From an uncultured Acidobacteriota bacterium (lineage in GTDB: Bacteria; Acidobacteriota; Thermoanaerobaculia; UBA5066; DATFVB01), in contig CAWEYG010000003.1 of NCBI GenBank assembly GCA_963813155.1, positions 769,866-833,865 on the forward strand: 64,000 nt of DNA, read 5' to 3'. The position numbers and the translations under genes are program-made. This document shows, piece after piece, positions 10,112 through 19,514 of the stretch (positions within the stretch are counted from its first letter, which is position 1; every line of letters starts with the position of its first letter). Under the pieces are notes generated by a model, which did not search any database, had not been told where the DNA came from, and saw only the letters and a list, made by a program, of their open reading frames with translations.

Positions 10112-11026
10112 TCACAAGAGCGAAACCGATGCCATCGCAGCCGGAACGCGCACGCGAATCGCGCCCGGAACGACCCAGAAGCTCACCGGAAACGAGGGCT
10201 TCCGGATCTCGCCGTCCGCGTGCGCAAACAGAGGACGGTCGGAGCCCAGCGTGAACCCTTTTCCACGGAAGAACCTCGCCTTCGGATGGCTCCGGTGCGC
10301 GCCGAAGAGCGCCTTCGGAAGGTTCGCGAGCGTTTCGAGCTTGCCGAGATCCCCGATCACGCACGCGTCGAGCGCTCCGTCGGACGGGGAAGCGTCCGGC
10401 GTGAGGAGAAACCCGCCGCCGCACGACGGTCCGTTGCCCACCGCGCAGAGGAGAGCCTTCCCTTCCCAGGACCCGAAATCCCCCTCGAGTCTCAGGACGG
10501 GCTTCTCGTAGGTCGCGATCGTCGCGACGGCGGCCGCGAGGTACGCGGGCAGCCCGCGCAATCTTCGAAACTCCTTCGACTTCGCGGCTGCCGCCCCGTC
10601 CAGCCCGACGCCGACGCCGCTGAAGAAGAATTCGCCGTCCATCGCGCCGAGGTCGAGAGTCTTTTCTTCGCCATCGATTGCGAGATCGGCCGCCGGGCCG
10701 AACTTCCGCGGCGAGCCGATCGTCCTCGCGGCGTCGTTTCCGCCTCCCGCGGGAACGAAACAGAGGACTCCCCGGCCCGGCGCCGCCCCCATCGCCTGCA
10801 CGATCTCGTGGACGGTGCCGTCGCCGCCGACCGCCACGACGACGCCGTCCCGCTCGGCCTCGATGAATTCGCGCGCCAGCTCCGTCGCGTGGCCGGGCGC
10901 AGCGGTCCGAAAAATCTCGAACGAGGCGCCGCGCTCCCGCAGGCGCGACTGGACGCTCGCGAGAATTCGCGGCTCACGGCCGTTGCCGGCGGCCGGATTC
11001 CCGATGACGCGGATCGGAGAGGACAG
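10112..11026 (-). CDS. Diacylglycerol/lipid kinase catalytic-domain protein (YegS/DAGK_cat family); non-canonical start
   Basis: Domain motifs VAVGGDGTV, GNDAART. The frame stays open upstream of the track's GTG (10837) through ...DLSSPIRVIGNPAAGNG, with no ATG/GTG/TTG; CTG at 11024-11026 would give a textbook N-terminus, MSSPIRVIGNPAAGNG. Confidence 0.65.
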   Translation of the reverse strand: MSSPIRVIGNPAAGNGREPRILASVQSRLRERGASFEIFRTAAPGHATELAREFIEAERDGVVVAVGGDGTVHEIVQAMGAAPGRGVLCFVPAGGGNDAARTIGSPRKFGPAADLAIDGEEKTLDLGAMDGEFFFSGVGVGLDGAAAAKSKEFRRLRGLPAYLAAAVATIATYEKPVLRLEGDFGSWEGKALLCAVGNGPSCGGGFLLTPDASPSDGALDACVIGDLGKLETLANLPKALFGAHRSHPKARFFRGKGFTLGSDRPLFAHADGEIRKPSFPVSFWVVPGAIRVRVPAAMASVSLL

Positions 11027-11052
11027 ATCGATTCTTCGGTTATCCTTCGGCG

Positions 11053-11568
11053 ATGATTCTGAAGGTTTCGAAGCTCGGCGTCAAAGTTCTGCGCGAAAAG
11101 GCGGCCGACGTCGACCCGAAAGACGTGCGGCAGGGCAAGTACGAGCCGTTCCTCGAGCACATGCTCGACACGATGCGGGAATACGACGGGACCGGCCTGG
11201 CGGCCCCGCAGGTCTTCGCGGGAGTGCGCGTGTTCGTGTACGAAGTCGTTCCCGAACGCCGGAACAAGAAGGAGAAGGCCGTTCCGCTGACGGCGCTCTT
11301 CAACGCCCGCTACGAACCGGTCGGCGACGAAATCGAGGTCGATTCGGAGGGTTGCCTCTCCGTCCCGTTCCTTTGGGGAGACGAGGTCCCGCGATGGAAG
11401 ACGATCCGCGTCCGCGCTCTCGACCGCGGCGGAAAGGCGGTCGCGTTCGAGGCGGAAGGCTTTCACGCGCGGGTCCTGCAGCACGAGATCGACCACCTCG
11501 ACGGGATCGTCTACCTGGACCGGATGAAAGACCTCCGGAGCCTCGGCTACACCGTAAAGTTTGGGTAA
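11053..11568 (+). CDS. def: Peptide deformylase
   Basis: GLAAPQ, EGCLS and HEIDHL motifs; 171 aa. Confidence 0.9.
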   Translation: MILKVSKLGVKVLREKAADVDPKDVRQGKYEPFLEHMLDTMREYDGTGLAAPQVFAGVRVFVYEVVPERRNKKEKAVPLTALFNARYEPVGDEIEVDSEGCLSVPFLWGDEVPRWKTIRVRALDRGGKAVAFEAEGFHARVLQHEIDHLDGIVYLDRMKDLRSLGYTVKFG

Positions 11569-11576
11569 GTCGAGCT

Positions 11577-11592
11577 TGTGAAGCGTTTCACA
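11577..11592. promoter_or_regulatory. CRP/FNR-family-like palindrome TGTGA-N6-TCACA upstream of nuoB
   Basis: Exact TGTGAagcgttTCACA at 11577-11592 in the 53-nt def-nuoB gap, ~30-45 nt upstream of the nuoB start. Confidence 0.35.
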
Positions 11593-11621
11593 TTCCCGTT
11601 TCGCTCTGATAGATTTTGAGC

Positions 11622-12164
11622 ATGGCGAGCTCGCGCCCCCTCGACACGATGCCGTCCGGCTCTGCCGACTTCTTCACGACGCGGCTCGACAACCTCGTCG
11701 CGTGGGCGCGCAAGAACTCCCTGTGGCCGCTCCCCTTCGGGACGGCGTGTTGCGCGATCGAATACATGTCGATCGTCTCCTCGCATTACGACCTCTCCCG
11801 GTTCGGCGCGGAGGTCGTGCGGTTTTCTCCCCGGCAGGCCGATCTTCTGATCGTTGCGGGAACGGTCGTCGACAAACTCGCTCCCGTGCTCCGCAAGATC
11901 TACGACCAGATGCCGGAGCCGAAATGGGTGATCTCGATGGGCGTCTGCGCCTCGTCGGGAGGGTTTTACCGGGCGTACCACGTCGTCCAGGGCATCGACG
12001 AGATCGTTCCGGTCGACGTTTACGTCCCCGGCTGCCCTCCGACGCCGGAAGAGCTGATGTACGGGATCATCCGGCTCCAGGAAGCGATCCAGTCGGGAAA
12101 GAAGTCCCGCGACGGCCGCTCGGCGCGCTACGCGGCGAGCCTTCCCGCGATCCAGGCGCCGTGA
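11622..12164 (+). CDS. nuoB: NADH-quinone oxidoreductase subunit B
   Basis: CCAIEYM and GVCASSGG / CPP Fe-S ligands. ATG at 11622 (track TTG at 11616). No nuoA upstream; def is the upstream neighbour. Confidence 0.9.
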   Translation: MASSRPLDTMPSGSADFFTTRLDNLVAWARKNSLWPLPFGTACCAIEYMSIVSSHYDLSRFGAEVVRFSPRQADLLIVAGTVVDKLAPVLRKIYDQMPEPKWVISMGVCASSGGFYRAYHVVQGIDEIVPVDVYVPGCPPTPEELMYGIIRLQEAIQSGKKSRDGRSARYAASLPAIQAP

Positions 12165-13890
12165 GCGACACGGCCGTCTCTTCCCTGTCGGCGCCCGCCG
12201 AACGGATCCGGCGGAAAATCGCGGAGAAATTCCCCGATTCGAAAGTCTCCGTCGCAGACCTCGACCTGCCCACCGTCGAGACCGACCCTTCGAGCTGGCC
12301 CGCGGTCGCCCGCTTCCTGCGCGACGACCCGGAGCTGCGGTTCGATCTTCTGCTGGATCTCGCGGGAGTCGACAATCTCCAGCGCCGGGGCCGGCCGAGC
12401 CGGTTCGAAGCCGTCGTCGCACTTTTACTCCACTGTTCGCGACGAGCACGTTCGCGCGAAGGTCATCCTGGACTCCGACAAACCGGGCCTGCCGTCCGTC
12501 GTCGACGTCTGGCCCGCGGCGAACTGGTTCGAGCGCGAGGCCTTCGACCTTTTCGGTTTCGATTTTCCCGGGCATCCGAGGCTGCGTCGCCTGCCTGTGC
12601 CACGAGGCGTTCGTCGGCCACGCGCTCCGCAAAGACTACGCCGCCGGCCAGCGCTGGATGTGCACGGACGACGACCTCTACGTGCCGTCGCTCGTCGAGC
12701 GGGAGAACGAGGAGCAGGACCAGTTCGAGACGGTCGTCGTCAACCTCGGGCCGTCGCATCCCGCGACGCACGGGACGCTCCGGATCGTCGCGCGCCTCGA
12801 CGGGGAGCAGATCCTCGAGGCCGAGTCGGAGATCGGCTACCTGCACCGCTGCTTCGAGAAAATGTCGGAGACGCACACCTGGAACCAGGTCATCCCGTAC
12901 ACGGACCGCCTGAACTACTGCTCGTCGTTCCTCAACAACGTCGCCTACTGCAAGACGGTGGAGCGGATGCTCGGGATCGAGGTGCCGGAGCGCGGCGCGC
13001 TCATCCGCACGATCCTCTCCGAGTTCTCGCGGGTGATGGACCACTGCGTGTGCATCGGCGCGAACCTCGTCGACACGGGAGCGCTCACGAACTTCTGGTA
13101 TCTCTTCCAGTGCCGCGAGGAGATCTACTCGCTGATCGAGGCCTGCTGCGGGGCACGCCTGACCGTCTCCTACGGACGGATCGGCGGCCTCTCGCGCGAC
13201 GTGCCGGAGGACTTCGTCGAGCGGTGCAAGTCGCTGCTGAAGTCGATTCCGCCGTTCCTGAACGACGTGGACGGGCTCATCAAGAAGAATCGGATCGTGT
13301 GGAACCGTTTTCACGGCGTCGGCGTCGTCTCCCGCGAGCAGGCGATCGCCTGGGGATTCACCGGCCCGTGCCTGCGCGCTTCCGGAGTCGGGTACGACGT
13401 GAGGAAGTCCCGTCCGTACGATTTCTACGACCGCTTCGACTGGGACGTGCCGGTGCACCGCGACGGCGACAACTATGCCCGCTACCTCGTCCGCATGGAG
13501 GAGATGCGGCAGTCCCTTTCGATCATCCGCCAGGCGCTCGAGGTGTTTCCGAAGTCCGGGCCCGTCGACGCCGCCGACTGGCACGTCGTGCTCCCGCCGA
13601 AGAACAACGTGTACCACGACATGGAATCGCTCATCTATCACTTCAAATGGGTGATGGAGGGGATCCAGGTGCCGGAAGGCGAACGGTACGAATGGTTCGA
13701 AGGGGGCAACGGGGAGCTCGGCTTCTACATCGTGTCGACGGGAGGCGGATCGCCCTACCGCGTCAAGGTCCGGCCGCCCTGCTTTCCCCTGATGGCCGCC
13801 TTCGAAAAGATCATCGCGGGCAGCCGCATTTCGGACGCCGTCGCGACGCTCGGGACGCTGAACATCATCGCCGGGGAACTGGACAGATGA
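12161..13890 (+). CDS. nuoCD: Fused NADH-quinone oxidoreductase subunit C/D (nuoCD); NuoC portion interrupted by two apparent +1 frameshifts
   Basis: GTG at 12161 overlaps the nuoB stop (GTGA). NuoC N-terminus reads in frame 2 to ~12418; the conserved NuoC core ([18 protein letters not shown]...[18 protein letters not shown]) reads in frame 0; ...[12 protein letters not shown] runs in frame 1 straight into intact NuoD (12658-13890; [16 protein letters not shown]...). Confidence 0.7.
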
Positions 13891-14529
13891 GCGCGAAGGT
13901 CGTCGACATCACCGACCGCGAGCCGCGCTCGCCGTCTTTCGCCGCGCGCCTCTATCTCCCCGAGATCTTCAAGGGGATGCTCGTCACGATCGGGCATTTC
14001 CTGCGCAACATCGTCGCGATCGGCAAGCTCCCGACGATCCTCTACCCCGAACAGAAGCGGAACTATTCCGAAAGGTTTCGCGGCAAGCACATCCTGAAGA
14101 CCCGCGAGGACGGGACGCTCAAGTGCGTCGCCTGCTACATGTGCGCGCAGGCGTGCCCGGCGGACTGCATCCAGATCGTCGCCGGCGAGCACCCGAAGAT
14201 CGCCTACGAGAAATATCCGGTCGTCTTCAACATCGACATGCTGCGCTGCGTCATGTGCGGTTTCTGCGTGGACGCCTGTCCCGAAGGACGCGATCTGGAT
14301 GAGCCGCGACTACGAGCTCTCGTTTTTCACGCGGCACGAATCGGTCTTCGACATCTCCCGGCTCGTCGAAAAGCCGGGCGCCCCCGTCAAAGACGGGTAC
14401 GGATACCGGCCGTACTACCCCGGCGACGGCACCGTGCCCCCGACCGACGCTTCGACCGCCCCCGTCGTTCCCGGCGACGGAGGACGAAAGGAGCTCCGCG
14501 AGAAGGGGCTGCTGCCGGTCCACTCCTGA
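13887..14529 (+). CDS. nuoI: NADH-quinone oxidoreductase subunit I (2x[4Fe-4S]); apparent +1 frameshift near 14290
   Basis: ATG 13887 overlaps the nuoD stop (ATGA). First ferredoxin motif CYMCAQACPADC and second CGFCVDACPEG in frame 0; the C-terminus (AIWMSRDYELSFFTRHE...) continues in frame 1 to TGA 14527-14529. An extra base near ggAcgcg (~14291) would explain it. Confidence 0.7.
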
Positions 14530-16637
14530 CGCGCCGCCGGCAAATCTTTCTTTTTCTTGCGCTCTGGTGGCTCGCTCTCGGCGCGGTCAACCTCGCGTGG
14601 CTCTCGAAAAACACCCGTCCCCCGTCGTGGGATCCCTTCAACCATCTCTTTTCCGGCGCGAAGTACCACAACCTCGTCGCGGATCTGCTCGAGGGGAACG
14701 CGACCGTCCGGGCGACGGCCCGATCGCTGCTGCGCGTCGACGACCACTATCCGCCGCTGGCGCCCCTCGCGGCGGGACCGGCGTTCGGAGGCGCCGATCC
14801 CCGGAGCCCGACGCTCTTCCTGAACCAGGCCGCGCTCGCGCTGCTGATCGGCGCGACCTACGCGATGGGAAAAAGATATTCCTCGGAGGCGACCGGGATC
14901 CTCGCCGCGATCGCCGTGTCGTCGTTTCCGATCGTCTCGATGCAATCGAGGATGTTCATGCTCGATCTGCCCGATGCGGCGATGACCGCGCTCGCCCTGC
15001 TTGCGCTCTGCCGCGCCGACGCCTTTCGCCGCGCCGCACCTTCGTTGGTCTTCGGAGCGACGCTCGGGCTGGCTCTTCTCACGAAATGGACGGTCGTCTT
15101 TTTCCTCGCCGCGCCCCTCGCCTTCGAGTTGCTTCGAGCCGCGAGGTCGTCCGAGCGCGGCCGGCGTCTGGGAAACGCGGGCGCGGGTCTCCTTCTCGCG
15201 GCCGCGATCCCCCTCCCGTGGTACTCGGCGCACCTGTGGAACATCCTCCGCGATTCAGCGAAATTTTCGTACGACGTCGGAGTACGCGAAGGCGATCCGC
15301 CGGTCTTCACCGCGAAATCGCTGTTCTTTTACGCCTCGTCGCTTCCGGCGGCCGTCCTCGCGCCCTGGGCCTTTCTCTTTGTCGGGGGTCTTGCGCTCGC
15401 GGCTCGGGACCGTTTCCGCCGGGGCCGGTTGATGTTCTTTGCGATCCTGGGCGGCTGGGCGATCCTGACCCTGATCCGGAACAAGGATTCCCGCTACGTG
15501 ATCCCCATGCTGCCCGTCATTGCGGTCGTCGCCGCGTCCGCGCTCGACGCTTTCCGAGTCCGGTTCCGCTGGAAGGCCGCCGCCGCGGGCTTGCTCGCCG
15601 CGATCTCGCTCGGCGCGGCCTGGCGGACGGACCCTCCGGTTCGCGAGAATTGGCCCATTCACGAAGCGGTCGAGTTTCTCCGGCGCCAGCCGGTTTCACG
15701 GCCCCGGCTTCGGGTCGTCCCGGACTGGCCGTATTTCGAGAGGCATGGCTTCGAGTACGCCGCGGAAGAAGCGCGCTTTCCGCTCGACGTCGGCATGTGG
15801 TTTCATTTCCCCGCTTTCACCGACTTCGTGATCACGAAGAGCGGCGACCAGGGAGAGCGCCCGGAGCCGAAGGAGATCATGCGCGAGGTCGAAGATCCCC
15901 GGAGCGACTTCCGGTCTCTTTTCCAACCCGTCTGGGAACACCCGCTCCCCGACGGAGGCGTCGCACGGATCTACGCCCGGCACGTCGCGCCGGCTCCGGC
16001 CGAGCCGGACGAGATCGTTCGCCGACTTCGATCGGCCGCGGCCGACCTCGTCGCCGCCTACTTCCGCGACGTCGAGGGACTGGAAATCGATGTCGACCCG
16101 TACTCCGACGGCGAGACCCGGAGCGGGCGGTTCCGGCGGATCGACATCCGCATTTCCACCGCTGCGATCCGCGGGAAAAAACCCGGTTCACCCGCGCTCG
16201 CGCTTCGAAACGTCCGACTGGAAGTGTCCGACGTCGTCGTCAATCCGTATCGCCTCCTTCGCGACGGAACGATCGAAGTCCTGAGCCTTCGCGAGGCGGC
16301 GCCCTCCGTCGAGCTGCGGGAAGAAGACGCGAGCGAGTATCTCGCCTCGCTTCTTCGCGGCCCGAGCCACGTGCGATTCTCCTCCGGAACGATCTCGATC
16401 GAAGCGCATCCGCGCGGGCGGATCCCGGCGATCTCGCTCTCCCTCGAGCCGCGAATCGTCGCGGGCGAGAACATCGGATTCCACGTGACGCGATTTCGCG
16501 TCGGCGATCTACCGATCCCGGCGGCGATCGCCGGAATGTTGACCGCGGGAAACGACCCGATCCTCAAACCGATGCCGTGCCGCGTGCGACTCGATCGCTT
16601 GAGCATCGAGGGCGGGGTCCTGGCCCTCAACGAATAG
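14526..16637 (+). CDS. GT-C fold membrane glycosyltransferase (ArnT/PMT/GT39-GT83-like) with ~270-aa C-terminal soluble domain; probable CTG start
   Basis: About 12 predicted TM helices. No ATG/GTG/TTG between the nuoI stop and the first TM helix; CTG at 14526-14528 overlaps the nuoI TGA (CTGA) and would give MTRRRQIFLFLALWWLALGAV. Confidence 0.6.
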   Translation: MTRRRQIFLFLALWWLALGAVNLAWLSKNTRPPSWDPFNHLFSGAKYHNLVADLLEGNATVRATARSLLRVDDHYPPLAPLAAGPAFGGADPRSPTLFLNQAALALLIGATYAMGKRYSSEATGILAAIAVSSFPIVSMQSRMFMLDLPDAAMTALALLALCRADAFRRAAPSLVFGATLGLALLTKWTVVFFLAAPLAFELLRAARSSERGRRLGNAGAGLLLAAAIPLPWYSAHLWNILRDSAKFSYDVGVREGDPPVFTAKSLFFYASSLPAAVLAPWAFLFVGGLALAARDRFRRGRLMFFAILGGWAILTLIRNKDSRYVIPMLPVIAVVAASALDAFRVRFRWKAAAAGLLAAISLGAAWRTDPPVRENWPIHEAVEFLRRQPVSRPRLRVVPDWPYFERHGFEYAAEEARFPLDVGMWFHFPAFTDFVITKSGDQGERPEPKEIMREVEDPRSDFRSLFQPVWEHPLPDGGVARIYARHVAPAPAEPDEIVRRLRSAAADLVAAYFRDVEGLEIDVDPYSDGETRSGRFRRIDIRISTAAIRGKKPGSPALALRNVRLEVSDVVVNPYRLLRDGTIEVLSLREAAPSVELREEDASEYLASLLRGPSHVRFSSGTISIEAHPRGRIPAISLSLEPRIVAGENIGFHVTRFRVGDLPIPAAIAGMLTAGNDPILKPMPCRVRLDRLSIEGGVLALNE

Positions 16638-16656
16638 CGCGGGCTCGCGGTCCGAG

Positions 16657-17743
16657 CTACCGGACCCGGACCTTCAGCGCGAGGCCGAAGTCCGCTCGGT
16701 CGCCGAAAGCGGGGACGTTTTCCGTCAGGGTGACGCCCGCGGCGACGCGCGATGGAAAGATCGCGGTCCACGCCGAGCGCGATCTCGAACCCGGTATGCG
16801 AGAGGTCTCCGAGCCCGTCCCGGCGGAAAGGGCTCTGCTCGTACGTCGCGGAAGCGCCGATCCTCGTGCTCGCGCCAAACGAGCGCGTCGCCCCGACGAG
16901 AGCCCGCGCGAACCACGCGACCGGGAGCCCCGTTTCGCTGCGCCATTTTCCCGGGAAGACGACGCCCGCTTCGCCATCGAGCGTCCATCGCGGACCGTCG
17001 CGCCGGGCGAACGCGAGAGCGCCCGCGTCCCACGATCCCGAACCGTTGAAATTCCTGGCGCTTCCCGTCGGGGCCTTGACGGCCGCGTCGGCGCCGTAGG
17101 ACCACCGCGAACCGCCGCCCGGTCGCCACGACAGCGTCGCCGTCGCGTCGCCGAGACCCGATTCCGGCGGGCGGTCGTCGAAGGTCATCGCGCCGTTCGG
17201 CCTTTGGATGACGACGTCGAAGGAATCGGCGGGAAACTCGTCGCGGCCCGACTGCGGGAGGCCGAACGCCCGATGAAACGCCTCGACCGCGGAACCTCCG
17301 CGGATCGCGTCGTGCGACACGTAAACGAGCTCGAGGGAGACCGAGAAACACCGGGAAAGCCCCGCTCGGCCGGTCAGGCCCGCGCGAAACAAATCGCTCT
17401 CGAGAAAGAACACCCGGTCTCCTGGAAAATCCCGATGGATCATTTCGGCCTCGGCGCTCGTGAACGGCGTTCCGGCGAGACCGAGGTTCTTGTGGTAGCT
17501 CAGCGCGTGCCAGGTCGAGGAGAACGTGCTCGCGTACGCGGTTTCGAGCGTCCAGTTCACCGCTCCCGGTTCGGGGCTCGCCGCGTCGGCAGGGCCAAAA
17601 TCGAGAAACGGGACGTGGAGGACATGAAGGCTTCGTTCGCCGAAAACGGGCGGAGAGTTACTCTGGGACGGCGCTCCGCGGACAGGCAACCGCGGGGGCA
17701 GACCATCACTGCGCGAAAAACGCTCCAGTCGCCGAAGTCGCAA
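16657..17743 (-). CDS. Hypothetical beta-rich protein (possible outer-membrane beta-barrel); 3' end and frame uncertain
   Basis: Track ORF 16058-17743 has alternating hydrophobic/polar, Gly/Ser/Thr-rich barrel-like composition, but its last ~190 codons overlap the convergent GT-C gene. A second frame (ORF 16657-16977) ends ...ADFGLALKVRVR*, consistent with a 1-nt indel near 16745. Confidence 0.3.
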
Positions 17744-17814
17744 ACGACTTGAAATCTATCGCATTTCGACGACGACCTTGACGCCGCGAGACGCCCCTGT
17801 ATAATCTCCGGCGG

Positions 17815-19514
17815 TTGTCCACCCGCCGAACGATCCCGCGCAAACAGGGAGTACTCGTCCACAGGTCCGTCCGCAGCGCGGCTTTTTCGATTTTCGCGCT
17901 CCTGCTGGCGCCGACGACGAGACTCTTCGCCGCCTCGTACTTCATGATCTCCGACGAGTCCCTGGCCCGGCGGAGCCCCGTCGTCGTGCGCGCGACCGCG
18001 CTCGCGTCGAGAGTTCTTCCGGCGGGCGGTTTCCACACGGAGACCCGCACGACCTTCTCCGTCGAAGAGGTCGTCCGCGGAACCGCCGGGCGGTCGATCG
18101 ACGTCGCGCTGCCGGGAGGAAACCTGCCCTCCGGCGCCGGATCGTACGCCTGGATGCCGGAATTCCGGGCCGGCAGCGACTACGTCCTCTTTCTCGCGCG
18201 CCGATCCGACGGCGTCTACGGCGTCGTGGAGCTGGAGCTCGGGATCTTCGAGGTCCAATACGACGCGGCCGGCGCCGCGTTCGCCGTTCGCCCGCGTTTC
18301 CCGTCGAGCGCCGCGCCGTCGCGATCGCTCGACTCGGCCGGCGGCCTCCCCGCGGAGCGTCCCGCGGGAGCTGCGCGCGTTCCTCTCGATGATCGCTGGA
18401 CCGACTTCCCCCGTTTCGGGAAAGCCGCCCGCCGGACGCCTGCAGTCCGTCCCGGTGTCGGGGACGGGCGGACAGATCCGGCCGATGTGGAACAACCTCG
18501 GCAGCGTTCTCGCGCGCTGGCCCACGAACGCGCCGATCTCCGCCGGCTACGTCGACGACGACACGACCGACGGCGGCACGGGTCCGCAGGCCAACCTCAC
18601 CGGAGGCGGAGGAGGTTTGCCCCAGCTCCAGAACGCCGTTTCCCACTGGAACGACGACTCCTCGAGCAGCATCAACATCTCGTTCTCGGCCGGGTCGAAA
18701 TCGGTCACGATTCACACCGACAACGTCTCGGAGTTCTCCGGAGGAACGGGAATTCCGTGCGATCTCGGCGTCGTCGGCCTCACGATCGTCTCGTGGAGCT
18801 CCGCGAATCAGACCTTCAAGAGACGAGAGCTATCGAACGCTGCTCGGGGCCGACGTCTACCTTCGCCGTTGGGATTGCCTGACGAGCACCTACCTGCCGA
18901 GCGCTTTCGAGAATGTCGCGACGCACGAGCTCGGCCATGCCCTCGGCCTCGATCATCCCGACCAGGCGACGAGCCCGCACGACCACACGCCGAACGACGT
19001 TGCGGACGCCGTCATGATCTCGACCGGCAGCTACACCCGCCACACCGGCCTCGGCAGCGACGACGTCGAGGGAATTTGCTGGCTGTACGGAGCCTGTACG
19101 GACACCGTCGCGCCTCCTCCCCCGCCACCGCCCCCACCGCCACCGCCTCCCCCGCCGCCTCCGCCTCCGACGAGCGGCTGCCAGGCGGGCGCGAACACAT
19201 TGTGCCTGCAGGGTGCCCGCTTCCGCGTGAGCGTCGCGTGGCAGGCCTTGAACGAGGGCACGAGCGGAAACGGCATCGCGATCCCGCTGACGGGAGACAC
19301 GGGCGCATTCTGGTTCTTCGATCCGAGCAACCTCGAGCTCACCGTCAAGGTTCTCGACGGCCGCCCGATCAACAAACACTTCTGGGTGTTCTACGGCGCG
19401 CTGTCGAACGTGCAGTACACGATCACCGTCACCGACACGCAGACCGGAGCGATCCGGAAGTACACGAACCCGCAAAATACGATGGCAAGCGTGGGAGACG
19501 TAGCCGCCTTCTAG
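17815..19514 (+). CDS. Secreted metzincin-type zinc metalloprotease with 20-proline linker and beta-rich C-terminal domain; two apparent +1 frameshifts
   Basis: Signal peptide at N-terminus (frame 1); middle region in frame 2 (18389-~18820); HELGHALGLDH (HExxHxxGxxH) plus Met-turn AVM in frame 0, followed by PPPPPPPPPPPPPPPPPPPP (19095-19154) and a ~115-aa domain ending ...SVGDVAAF*. Confidence 0.5.
19095..19154 (+). repeat. Low-complexity CCN repeat encoding a 20-residue polyproline linker
   Basis: cctcctcccccgccaccgcccccaccgccaccgcctcccccgccgcctccgcctccg, in frame with the metalloprotease catalytic domain. Confidence 0.8.

Noticed and set aside
10492-11496. 334-aa minus-strand ORF
   Set aside because: Antisense to def and out of frame with the DAGK domain; no recognisable features.
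12597-16637. 1346-aa plus-strand ORF running with no stop through nuoD, nuoI and the GT-C gene
   Set aside because: Artefact of ~70% GC (stop codons are AT-rich); it is simply frame 0, which contains the nuoI and GT-C coding sequence plus antisense-like Arg/Pro-rich filler elsewhere.
14567-17752. 1061-aa Arg-rich ORF in frame 2
   Set aside because: Extreme Arg/Pro/Gly composition with no domain-like segments; overlaps real genes on both strands.
17557-18525. 322-aa minus-strand ORF antisense to the metalloprotease
   Set aside because: Arg-rich, overlaps a gene with a clear HExxH motif on the other strand.
19095-19154. C-rich 60-nt tract (possible CRISPR or G-quadruplex-like signal)
   Set aside because: It is CCN codons for a polyproline linker in frame with the protease; there are no repeat-spacer periodicities anywhere in the window.
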